Assembly (NCBI GenBank): GCA_002189035.1
Contig: CM007989.1
Span: forward strand, 3,968,001-4,032,000
Direction of reading: 5' to 3'
DNA length: 64,000 nt
From: Utricularia gibba
Lineage: Eukaryota > Plantae > Magnoliophyta
Numbering within the stretch: position 1 is the first letter of the stretch; every line of letters starts with the position of its first letter. The translations under genes were made by a program, and so were the position numbers. Of the stretch, positions 1 through 11,566 are shown in pieces. Under the pieces are notes generated by a model, which was not told where the DNA came from, searched no databases, and worked only from the letters and a program-made list of their open reading frames with translations.

Positions 1-776
1 AGAGAGTGACCCTCGTACGGACTGAAGACGATGCTCGCTGTGACTCAATCCTCCTTTTTGGAGTCTACTAACACAGGCTCCTGCGATCATCGTCTCCTTG
101 AGATCAGTAGGAACTTGATGAATGTCATAAACCGCCACAAGTTCTCACTGCGCTTCCTGCTGAATGCGGCGGCTGTGGGATGTTTGAAGGAAGTGCATGG
201 GGATGAAGCAACGAAGTGGGGTAGTAGAAGAAGATTTTACCACGGGAAGAGGAGAAAAGAGGAATGACAGAGCGGCAGAACTGAGACAATGAAACAGTAG
301 CCGTGGCCGTGGACAGCCCATTAACTGCAGAAAGGCTTCTGGTGGAGCGGAGCCGCGCTGCTTGCAGAGCATACACAGTAATTAATGACTCGAAATTCCA
401 TGGGAGCAAATTCAGTGGGGGTAGAGAGTAGAGACTCCATCTCTTTCACCCTCCCCCGTCTGTCTCTCTCGCGCGAGCATCAGGGGTCTTGTTGTAAATA
501 TGGAAAACTTCAAGGCACGATATGTAAATACAAAGAGTATTTTGTTTGAATATTTTTTTAAAATGAATTAAATCGAGTTATTAATTTTTTATTAAATAAG
601 TTGAAGATATCCAAATGCTATAGAATTTTTTTAAGGACTCCACATCAAGATGTTATGAAAGCTATCGAGGTACTCGGGGTGGTACAAGAAGTACCAGTAA
701 TATGTTGAGAGTATTTCAACACTATAGAGGTATCCAAACACTTGTTATTTAAGTATTATGTATCTTTGAACACATA

Positions 777-991
777 GGGTGTGTTTGATAGCTATATCGA
801 TATACATTATCTTGATATAAATTTATCCATAATATCAGGATAAATTTAAGGAAGGGTTATATGTGAGATAAATGTATGCTTATAATAAAGAAAAAAAATA
901 TACTGAGATAAATTTATACTGATTATCAAACATATATTATATATTCTAGTACCCGATGTATTTATGTTTATACCAGCTATCAAACTCACCC
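777..991. mobile_element. Tourist-like (PIF/Harbinger) MITE
   Basis: 17-bp TIRs GGGTGTGTTTGATAGCT (777-793) and AGCTATCAAACTCACCC (975-991), 1 mismatch; flanked by a 3-bp direct repeat ATA/ATA; AT-rich non-coding interior. Confidence 0.7.
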
Positions 992-1594
992 ATAAGATAT
1001 AAAAGTCTACTTGTTCTCTAATATATGAGTTGTAGAGTTGGGTACTAATCTCACTTAGTGGGTAACGAGTCGAACATGCCGAGTCAACATCAAGAATTTT
1101 TAAATCAGTGAATACGATCGATGAGTTGATGTGCTCAACTCTTTCTGAGTCACAAATTGACACATAATTAGTTCAATAATTCCAATATTATAATAATTTA
1201 TGAAAAATCTTACCTTTAAATAGGTGGCCAATTTAAGCACCTCAAACATTGGATTGTAGTGTCTGGACGTGTTAACAGCCACCCCATTGTTACAAGGAGT
1301 CTGTTGTTAGTGTGTTGTGTCATACTTTCATGTGATTTTATTATCTTGTATTCTTTGAAACACATTGTAAAATTCTCAAAATTCTCAAATCTTAACAAAA
1401 TGAATTTGGCATCATGTGAGTACATTACAACTTTACAACTATCCTTTTAAAGGTCTTCAAACACTGCAAACAATGTGGAATCATGAATGAAGTTTCAACC
1501 GTGATCCAAAAAATATTGGTAAGTTGCAATTATTCTCCAAATGCAATGTGGGCAATGTGAACAGTACCAAACAAGTAAGTAAGAGATGGGAGAA

Positions 1595-2802
1595 TGATAA
1601 CACCGTTTTTATTGTGTTTTTAAATATGTTTTTAAGTGTGTTTTGTAGGGTTAAATGTTGCTTAGGGTGCTAAAATGTTTTATTTTGCATATTTAGACTG
1701 TTGAAATATGTTTATTGTGAAAACAAGCTCAATTGGCAACAATTGAGCCGAAAACTCTAATATTTAGTCTAGTCTATGTTTTAAGTCTTACTAGAGTAAG
1801 AGCTAGTACTTTAGCAATGCACTTTCCGCGTTGACAAGTCAAAGTAGACAGAAAAGCTGTACAAAAGTCACTTTCCGCCGAAAGTAGCCGCCCTTCTGAA
1901 AAGATAAGATTTGGAGCAGACATCTCACTTCTAGAAAACTTAGGAAAGGACAATGCTACCCTTAATTTTGAGCTGCAAAAGGGAAAAGGAAGGGAGAGAA
2001 AAAAAGAGAGCACACTGTGCACACGCAGAGTGCACAGACAGCGAACAGGAGCGTGCGGGAGCAAGGAGAATTCCGTTTCTCCGGCGACCTACATATCTAC
2101 ATATTTACATCGTCTTTCCACCCAGAAACTTGATTTCCAGCAGATCTGCGACCGAGAGCAACCGCTAGACACTTCATTTTCTATTTTATGCACTTCTATT
2201 TCGTTAACAACTCGCTGTTGTTTCCTTCAACGTTTACATGCTTTTTGTTATGTTCTTGCACCTTGTCGTGAACGATAAATACTCTGTAGACCTTATTTCT
2301 GCGTTTAATCATGTTTCTGACTAAGACTTTCATGTTTGCCTTTAAGTTTAACGCGCTTTTACTGTTCCTGCGAACTATGCTCTGTTTCTGCAAACTATTA
2401 CTCTGTTTTTAAGCGTTTCAATCTGGGTTTCAGCCTAAGGGCTCTCTTGAGTGACACAAGAGCCAGATCCTGGTGTAAAACTCAGCCAAATTACTTTTAT
2501 TTTATGTTTTCTACACTTTCACGTTAATTTCAGTCCCTTTTCACCCCTGCAACTCGTTTATTTCAGTCACTATTATTTTAGATCTTACCCGTATTAGAAC
2601 TAAACCCCAGAAAACCCCCTGTTTCCAGTAAATGTGTTAAACTTCAGGAAATTACAACTATTCTCTATAGATTCGATCCTTGCTTGCCACACTATATTAA
2701 TTCCCGTGATTTTTGTAGTAGAATAGCTAGGTTTATACATTTCTTTTGATGCGTTGAATGTGCTAGACCGCGACATTTAGTATCCCATTCCAACGTCTAT
2801 CA
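1595..2802. mobile_element. Solo LTR of an LTR retrotransposon (Ty3/gypsy, Athila/Tat-like termini)
   Basis: Begins TGATA (1595) and ends TATCA (2802); flanking 5-mers GAGAA (1590-1594) and GATAA (2803-2807) form a 1-mismatch TSD; 1208 bp; no retroelement coding sequence adjacent. Confidence 0.7.
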
Positions 2803-4554
2803 GATAATGTGATAATTCAAAATGCTTTATATAAATTATTCCTATAAAATAAGACGAATTGGGCTGAATGTATATTACTTGAGCCCAATGGTTGGGCCAC
2901 TCAGCCCATTTGATAATAAGTCACTATACATTGTTTTTTTTTTTTATAGTTGAGCTATATTTCAAATTCAATCTATGTGACTCGTGAGTCTAACCCGTAC
3001 CCATATACTATGAACCCATTTTACAACTACTTTTTATGGTTAAATGTAATCTGATCTGATACGTAATGAGTAAATTCGACAAATATTCCGACTGACTTGT
3101 ATTCATGTCCACCTCTATATGATTGGGAAAAGATAGAATTTGTGATTCAAAACTTAGATCACCATAATAAAGCATCAGACCATAGGATGATGGGGGAGGG
3201 GATTCAACTTTTTTTTGGGCTTTCACTTCTCATATTTCTATTAATAACTATTTTTTTTTAAAAAAAGATTATTTGATGTAAAACGACCAATAATGACAAT
3301 CGTGGGACCGTTTCTGACCTGCAAAGCTGATGACGGCAAAAATTGGAACAAAATAAGTGAAAGTTAACCCAATGAAATCACGACACGTGCGTCGTAGTAT
3401 TCAGAAGCGGATGGTCCATTGCACCAGTGAATGCTCCGTTGGCTCTCATTCGTTTCATCGTTCGACTCCGGCGCCTGAAGTCTTCAATGGCGTTAAATCA
3501 GGCGTGGCTCGAAACGCCATCTTGGATCCACGTGGCGGGAGCTTCTTCAAGCAGAAGGCTATGAAGTCTGAACGGCTGCGGAATTACGTTTACATGCAAA
3601 AGTCCGTGACTGAAACGGTGATTTGGGCGCCGAGCTTTTTCAAATGTGTGGGCTCTTTTGTGTTCTTGAAATGGGTTGTTTCGGCGTGATGCCATTGGCT
3701 TTCTTGCGCGCAGCACCTCCGTTTTATGTGACCCATTCTTTCTATTTTAAGCGTGTGTGCGGAAAAAGTAGTAACTTAAACAAAGATTTGAAGTATTTCT
3801 GTAGATTAACTTCTTCAGTTTCCTTTTCAACTTGCGTGATGTGAAATGCAAGTTCAAGAAACCTGTGGTTGCTCGAGCAGTTACGGAACTTTGGTTGCTT
3901 CTCAATATGTTGTGTGCAAGGTGGAAGCTTCGACCCTCCTCTAGTTCGCTGACATTTAAATTGCTATCTGCTGAATTCTTGATTGTAGCGTCGGTTGTCT
4001 TAGGATAAGATATTCGAGTCTCGATTGACAGCTGGTCGGTTGGATGGAACATGAAATGGAATGCATAGAAACTATGGTGTTTCCTACTTTCCTGAATATT
4101 GACATTTACGACATATCTTCAAAGCAAAGCCTGTTTTGGCAGTTGGGTGGTGTATTCAAGGGAGACTCTTCTGTTTCCTTGAGATACTGAACTGGACAAC
4201 ATGTGGTGCACTGTTTTCTACTAACTGAAGATATGTTTAAAAAAGAAATTCCCTTGACAGTTCAGAAGTAGCTTTCAGGTTTTAAAGTGTTCGGCTATTG
4301 TATGCTACCTGATTAATGTTTATCTCATTCTGCAATCAGTTGAGTCACCTTTATGTACCAGTTTTCTGAGTTACAAATGAGACCCTTTTGAGTCACTTGC
4401 CTTTGCTCTGCTTTGTCCTCTCCGTTTATTTAACTTACATGCCTTGTGTCCTGCTTTGCACAGTTAATCTCTTGATTGTCGGGTGCTATATGTGTTGCTA
4501 TGTAGTTCTTTCTAACCATTTGTTGATTTTAGGTGTGTTTCTCGTTCCAAAAAG

Positions 4555-7025
4555 ATGTGCCCCCAAATGGGAGTTAAGATTTTTTGTATTGTTGGCACCA
4601 TCTTGACGCAGCTGGCTCTTTGTGGTTAGTAATGCCTGTTTCATCTGGAACTGGCTGTCTTGCATCTGTGCCAAAAACTACCACGCAGACTTGCTTGTGT
4701 TTGCCTTCACTTTGTAGATGGAGCTTCATCAAATTCCGAAGCAAAGATCTGGACATGCTCCTGTTCCATTGATCAAAAGGAAAGCACAACTTTCATTGTT
4801 GCAAACTGCTCTTCTTCTTCATGTGACTGCAGCCCAGGTATCAATGAAGCTGCCGAGTAAGGCTAAGCTTGTTTTTTTAGTGTCAGTGATGAGTTTCACT
4901 TAGTGTAAGAATGTAATTTCTCTGATCTTCTCATGCATATGAAGGGCGATCAAGTGACAATAGATGGCTATGCAATTGTTCCAGTGGTGGATTTCCTAGA
5001 ATAGCAAATGAACACAATTACAGAGACTGTTTTATGACGTGCAATTGCAGTTCTGGTAAAATTTCTGAATACACAATGACATTTTAGGCGCTTCTTGAAG
5101 CCAGCTGCGTTTTCTTTGTAGGGATATTATCCAACTTTGAGCCTCCTGGGAAGCAAATTTATGACAAAACTCTTGTGATACTTCTTGCAACATGTCTAGT
5201 CATCTTGTTTCTAGCATTTGGTGTTTCTGTTGTCTTCCATGTCGGAATGAATGATAAGAATCCCACCATCCCAACTTCACATTCATCTGATAGACTAACA
5301 AGTTGTAGCTCCGGTACAAACTCGGCGAGCCACAGGGTCTCATCAAGGCCGATTTCTGCAGAGCAACTTGATGTATCTGTCAAATCTTTTACAGGTAAAT
5401 TTAATCTACGAGCAAGAGCTTTTCAGTCACTCAATCTTGACATCTTTGTGGATCTTGTCTCGTTCCTGGGTCAAAGGATGCATTCCAATGACTTCATTCC
5501 TAGTCAGAAGTAGCAGGGGAGCAATACATGAAGTACTCATCCATTATTCGTATGTTGAACTGGAAAATGCTACTGATAGATTCTCTGATGCCAACCTGAT
5601 CGGCGTTGGAGGAAGCAGCCATGTTTACAGGGGGAGTCTTAGAGACGGAAGAACAGTTGCAATCAAGAAAATGAAACCTCAAGCCAGCTCAGATGCTGAA
5701 CATGTCTTCTTAACTGAGGTAAAACAAGTAGCTCAAACTATTCTAAAGTGGACATTTATGTACAACTTTTGTCTTTGCTCAGATAGAATTGTTGTCAAGA
5801 CTTCATCACTGTCACATTGTGCCTTTGCTTGGGTACTGCTCAGAGAACAAGGGAAGGCATGCCGAAAGGATGCTTGTCTTTGAATATGTTCCCAATGGTA
5901 ATTTAAGGGAGCGTTTGGATGGGGAATCAGGAAAATTTTTGGACTGGCGAACTCGACTTGTCATCGCTCTCGGTGCTGCCCGTGGCTTGGAATACCTCCA
6001 TGAAGCTGCTGCACCAAGGATATTGCACAGAGACGTCAAATCCACAAACATTCTTTTGGATGAAAAATGGAGAGCCAAGGTAGAAGTAGCTCATAACTGA
6101 AGCATAACTAACCAGTGTTTAGAAGTTTCTGAAACATGAATGGTCAAGTCTGTTCTTGCAGATAACTGATCTCGGCATGGCTAAACATGTACAAACCGGT
6201 GCCAACTCGACCAACATCACAAGCTCTCCGGCAAGAATGCAAGGGACATTCGGATATTTTGCACCTGAGTATGCAATAGATGGGAAAGCTTCTTTAAAGT
6301 CCGATGTTTTCAGCTTTGGGGTTGTGCTTCTTGAGCTGATAACAGGGCGAAAGCCGATCCAAAAGAACTCCGATGAAACATCACAAAGTCTTGTCATATG
6401 GGTAGGCAAAACAAGCTAGCCTTATGTCCTCAAAAATTGCATAATTCTTACCAAGTATGCGGCTGATTTATAGGCAACACCTCGCTTACATGACAGCAAA
6501 CGGGTGATTCTGGAGCTACCTGATCCACGCCTCGAAGGTGATTTCCAAGAAGAGGAAATGCAAGTCATGGCCTACTTAGCAAAAGAGTGCCTTCTGCTGG
6601 ATCCTGGTTCTCGGCCAAGCATGAGCGAAGTCGTCCAGATTCTCTCTACCATCGTTCCGAACAAATACAAATGGAACAACTTACCACTTCATTGCCGGCA
6701 GGTACCAAGTTGGATCATATCCATGCTGCTCCCATTTTATCTCTATAGTGCACCTGCTTCTCTGTATTGATCCCAAATTCTCCAGCTTCATTTGCCAGAC
6801 GAGAATCTTTGCTACGGTTCGAACGTGGAGGAGATCAAGAACACCACATTTGAAGTGAAGAATAAGAGCAGAGCAGCAACAGATCCATTCCCAGAGAGTG
6901 ACAAAGTTAAGCTTTTGAGCTCAGTGGATGATGTTGTAGTGGATTTGACTGAACCATGGTTTGAATCCTTTCACTTGTCTGATGCTGATTCACGATTGTG
7001 TAGGGTGGCTAGAAAAGGCCACTAA
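4555..7025 (+). CDS. NCRK: Receptor-like Ser/Thr kinase, NCRK type (signal peptide, Cys-rich ectodomain, TM, kinase)
   Basis: Exons 4555-4624, 4718-4837, 5122-5394, 5477-5718, 5783-6079, 6162-6401, 6474-6701, 6786-7025, all GT..AG and in phase. Motifs [58 protein letters not shown]-terminal [11 protein letters not shown] typical of NCRK. Confidence 0.92.
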
Positions 7026-7292
7026 TTGATCCCATCTACGCTTCACAATACAAAAGCAAGTCTTGCCTTTGGTAGACATCTGTCCATCTTCTTTTCTTGA
7101 AAATAACTGTACTAAAACTGTACTCCGCCCAACTTATACAAGCCACTAGCAACCATTCGCTGGTCAATTGAAACGAAAGAGCTCGTCCTGTGACCACCCA
7201 CTTCATCTACTTCATAGGCTGTAATTTGCATCAATTACAGGCTACTTTCCGAGGAGGGTGTTCCTCATTCATCCTCTCGCTGACTGAGGAAG

Positions 7293-8666
7293 ATGAAGCG
7301 AGTGCTTGTTGTGGGCGGCACCGGTTACTTGGGTCAGCATCTTTTGACGTCTTTCGCCGATGTGGATTCAGATTCAACAACCCGGCGCTTGCTTTCACGT
7401 ATCATTCCTCGCCTCCAACACCCGCGCTTCTCAACGCCATCCCCAAGGCTCTCCCTTTTCACGTTGATCTTCGCACTGGCAATGGCCTTGACGCAGTGTC
7501 AGCCTCCTTCGGTCAGGTATCATCATTTGCCTTCTTGTCAATGGGTGTTCACATCACATGGCTGTCTTATTGTAGTCCATAATCGATCTAGCGCACCAAA
7601 TGCTCGTGCTTGTGATCTTGTGTTTCAGCCTGATGTGGTGATCAATTGTGCTGCTGTCTCGGTTCCTCGTGTGTGTGAGATAGATCCAGATGCTGCTATG
7701 TTGATAAATGTCCCGATTGCTCTTGTGAAATGGTTATCAAGCTTTAGAGGAAGTAACACCCTTTTGATTCATCTGTCCAGTGATCAAGGTTTGTGTTCCC
7801 TCTTGCTTGTTTCTCCATAATCCTTCGACTTCAAAGTTTGGTGCCTGTGCTCTTCAGTTTATGAGGGGACCAAGTCCTTCTACAAGGAAGAGGATGAAAC
7901 TGTCCCCGTGAATATTTATGGCAAATCAAAAGTTGAAGCTGAGCATTACATACCTGCAAACTGGTCCAACTATGCAATTCTGAGAAGCAGCATAATCTAC
8001 GGCCCACAAACCATCTCTCCAGTTCCTAAGCAGCTTCCAATCCAGGTATCTTACGCAGTGAAACCTCTTAGGCCGAACTTCTGTTCACTTCAGCTTGAAC
8101 TGCTCTTAAGATTGGCTGTCTTGTTAAAAACCGCAGTGGATAGATAATGTCCTTGCGAAAGGGGAGCCATTGGATTTCTTTCATGACGAGTATCGCTGCC
8201 CTGTTTTTGTCAAGGATGTTGTTCTTGTCATACAGTGTTTGGCAAACAAATGGCTCTCAGGTAAGGACGCTCCGGGAATTTCTTACACTCTTGTGCTAGT
8301 AACTGCTGGTTTCTCTGCAGATGGTGAGCAACTGCAGTTGCTTCTAAACGTCGGCGGGCCAGATAGAGTGTCACGGGTTCAAATGGCCGAGGCTGTCGCA
8401 CAAGTTAGAGGTTACAAGCGATCCCTGATCAAATCGGTGTCTGCTGCTTCAGTATGTTCCAACACATCACTTTAGTTCACAGGCAGTTTCTTCTCTGATA
8501 ACTTGAGGGAAGACTTGAACATGTTCAGGTTGATCGTGGCGTGAGGTCGCCTCCCGATATTTCCATGGATACCAGGAAGCTCATTCAGACTACAGGCATT
8601 CATCCAACTTGCTTTGCAGAAGGCGTGAGAGTCACCCTCCAAGGGGAAGGTGCAGCTGACTTGTAG
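7293..8666 (+). CDS. RmlD-like / methionine adenosyltransferase 2 beta-like NAD(P)-binding Rossmann protein; carries a frameshift in exon 1
   Basis: Exons 7293-7516, 7629-7788, 7858-8045, 8137-8260, 8321-8451, 8529-8666. Motifs VLVVGGTGYLGQHLL, PDVVINCAAVSVPR, HLSSDQVY, NIYGKSK, DFFHDEYRCP, VDRGVRSPPDISMD. Exon 1 is 224 nt (not 3n) and homology switches frame near 7370-7385. Confidence 0.85.
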
Positions 8667-8935
8667 TTCCTGACATTTTCTATGCTTACTGTTTCAGTCA
8701 AGGCTTGTCAGTTCCCCCCGTTAATGACGTTTCCTGAAGTTGCCTAATTCATAGCAGCAATGACTACATCTTTAATGCCATCCATGAAACAAAGAATTTG
8801 CCTTGATTACAAGATTCGTACAGCCATAAATCAGTAACACGAACGCCACAGAACTTCAGACCCTTCAAATCCCAAATGTTCTTCTAAGTTCAAACAAAAT
8901 AATCAATCAACAGAAAAACTTTTCCTTCAACTTAC

Positions 8936-10330
8936 ATGGATTAAGTGGATCGCTTTGGTTTCTCTACGTGTATTGCACCAGAAAACGTAAAATAATCTCC
9001 TAGGAACAGAACAAGCTCATACAATGGCCAATATTGGCTTTCCCGCACTGCTCATGCCCTGGTTTACTAAGATTCCCTCTCAGAAGAAGATAGTTGAAAC
9101 TCCCATGGTGAGCAATCCAGCTGCCACCCAAGGGCTTAATCTCTCCCCTGTTCCATGAAAAACCACTGGAAGAGCTCAAAGATGAGGTCACAGGCAACGA
9201 CCAACCACAGAAATCTTCGCCTTCATTGGGAATTGCTAAGTTGTTCTAATGACTTGGCAAGAACTCAGGAACGATACCTATTCTGGCAGCCTTCCATAAG
9301 ACACCTCGGAACCTGGGATGAACCAGGAGAGTAAATTACGAACATCGTGCACCAGCAAAAGATAGCCATTTTATGATATGTGGAAAGACGTCGCAACATT
9401 CGTTCCGAAAAGCATAAAGATGCTAAATTTCAGGAAGAGTTGCTCAATGGACGTAAACGTAAAGAAGGAGAGCGAGTTTTACCCCGTTCGCTGTTCAAGC
9501 AGCGCCGGAAACTGAATCTTCACATACGTACACGCAAAGATGCCCAGCATAACAACCGTTAGGAAGGAGCTGAAATTGAAGAGAGCCAACTGGAAATATA
9601 TCACAGCAACGGATTGCATCAGTACTCATCAAAACACACGAAAAAGCAAATCGCGCACAAAAGCTGTATTTCCGTGAAGAACTCATACCATTTCTGCTTC
9701 ACCCTTATCTTGATGCTACAAATTCTTCGATATACCCGCTGATACCGCCTCGAAGCCTGAAAATATACGTCGATTTCGTTTATAAGAACTGAATCGATTC
9801 AGAAACAGAAAGCAGAAATTTTTTTTCGAAAACCTCGATCCAGAATAACCAAAAAAGCCCACTCATCCATTGCAGACGAGAAAGACCTACGATTCAGTAG
9901 CGAAATCAGGTTGCGACAATAACTGGGTGCAGGGTCGAAGTTTCCGCAGCGCCTAGGAAGTCAAACGATTGTACAGTCACGCTTTATTCGCAGGCCAAGG
10001 TACTTGGTCCGCAATTTTCTCCACAAGTAATGATAGGGTTTGGGCCGGCCCATGTCGGCGATCCGAGTCCGTCGTGTCCGAGGGGACTCGGAAGTTTGAC
10101 CTTTAAAATTTCCTTCCTAGATTGAAGCCCAGACTCGCACGTTTGATCGCTAGCTGTTTCCTAAACTCCCAACGAACTCACCAAGGTTCTGCTCCTGATA
10201 TCGCCTTCCTCGTGCGTACAGACCTCCTTGCCCGGCACCGGAGGTGGAGATGGAGACGGTGGCGCCTCCATGGCTTCCAGTCATGCGACAATCAACAGCA
10301 TCGGAAAGATCATGGTAGCTTCTGTATGCA
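8936..10330 (-). ncRNA. Putative multi-exon lncRNA or decayed gene, no recognisable product
   Basis: Chain of splice-like junctions on minus: donor GTGAGT at 10181; exon 9952-9891 (TTCCTAG/GTAGGT); exon 9756-9689 (TTTTCAG/GTATGA); exon 9312-9278 (TCCCAG/GTATCG); exon about 9000-8937 (TTCCTAG/GTAAGT). Inferred only from splice motifs. Confidence 0.35.
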
Positions 10331-10692
10331 TGACCTTCACAAATCAAGCCATTACTAGAGTCCATGAAGGAAAGAGGAAGAGTGGAAGACTAAGGCTAAG
10401 CCATACTAGAGTAATTAGATATATGATCCACCTGCCCAGACATGGACGAAACAGGAAGCTGCGCAAATGGACTGAAGAAAATGATATGCAAAGCATGGTT
10501 ATGTGGGAGCTGTACCAAGATAGCTGATCAGTCAAACTTATTGCCCAGTGTATTCACTCATATCATACAATCCATAATGCCATCATACGTAAAAACATTT
10601 GGAACAATATCTCTAAATTCATCATAAAGCTGTCCCTGCACATAGAGGTGGTTTAGGAATTCCTTGCTGCAGCAATGCATCCCAGGACCAGT

Positions 10693-11214
10693 TCTGCAGG
10701 ACAAGGGACGTAACACAATGTTAGCAAAACTTGAACAACGTTGAAATGCAGAGCTGGAGTGCAACAAGCAGATATGCATCGTTGTGATAAAAGATTCATG
10801 CCAACGGGTGTTCACACAATTGAAGCCCGCTTTTTTTTTTTGAAAAAGCGACATAACCATAAAGTTCGAGTGTACTTGAATCTAAACATAATTGAGGGAA
10901 CAATACATAAAACGCTATCCAAGGTTGAATGGAGACAAAGCAATAACTTAATATTTTTCACAGAGAAAAGGAAAATAGAATTAAGCAACTAACCAATTGT
11001 AGTAGAGCTCGAGGCCCATGCCATCATGGATTTCGTAGTCCTTGAGAGTGATATGATCCTTGTAGATGGTGTACCACTTCTGGATTCTGATCTTATCGGA
11101 GCGAGTTCCCGTTTGCGCCGCCACGAGCTTCTTCAGGTCCTCTATCGTATCATCCTCGTTACACTTCACCCGAACCTTCTTCCCCAGCCGATCGTTCAGC
11201 ACCACCTCAATCAT
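10693..11214 (-). CDS. UBL5: Ubiquitin-like protein 5 (Hub1), 73 aa
   Basis: [24 protein letters not shown]...[17 protein letters not shown] join(11214..10994,10693): TG|GTTAGT donor at 10993, TGCTAAC branch point 10726-10720, TCCTGCAG|A acceptor at 10694 reconstitutes TGA directly after YYN. Confidence 0.95.
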
Positions 11215-11566
11215 CTTCCCCTCCCTGCTCTTCGTCGATCGCACACAAACCCTAACCCCTTTTCACAAATTCCCCCCTTTCAATTAATATCAGCGCATAC
11301 GAATCTCTCGGAATTTTTTTATAAAATTAATATAAAAATAACTACAAATATTAATATTTTTAAAATTTCAAAAAAATAATTGAATCGACTTTCTAAAATT
11401 ATGAATTTCAATTAAATCAAATTTAATCACGAGTTTATTCTCGAATTTTAAAATGGTATATTAAACGTGATATTATTTTTAATTAATAATTATGTGAGAA
11501 ATTTCTCAATTTGGTAAAATTGAATAAAAAATGATAAAAAAATAACAATTAATTGCTATTTCGTTT

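Noticed and set aside
3455-3480. GTTCGACTCC tRNA T-loop-like motif
   Set aside because: No cloverleaf or A box; it lies in the NCRK leader region.
10520-10630. C/D snoRNA-like ATGATGA...CTGA on minus in the UBL5 3' region
   Set aside because: Poor terminal stem and only about 8 nt of possible rRNA complementarity.
10981-10995. Stop-loss giving UBL5 a WLVA extension, as the ORF track implies
   Set aside because: A donor, branch point and acceptor rebuild TGA after YYN; the extension arises only on intron retention.
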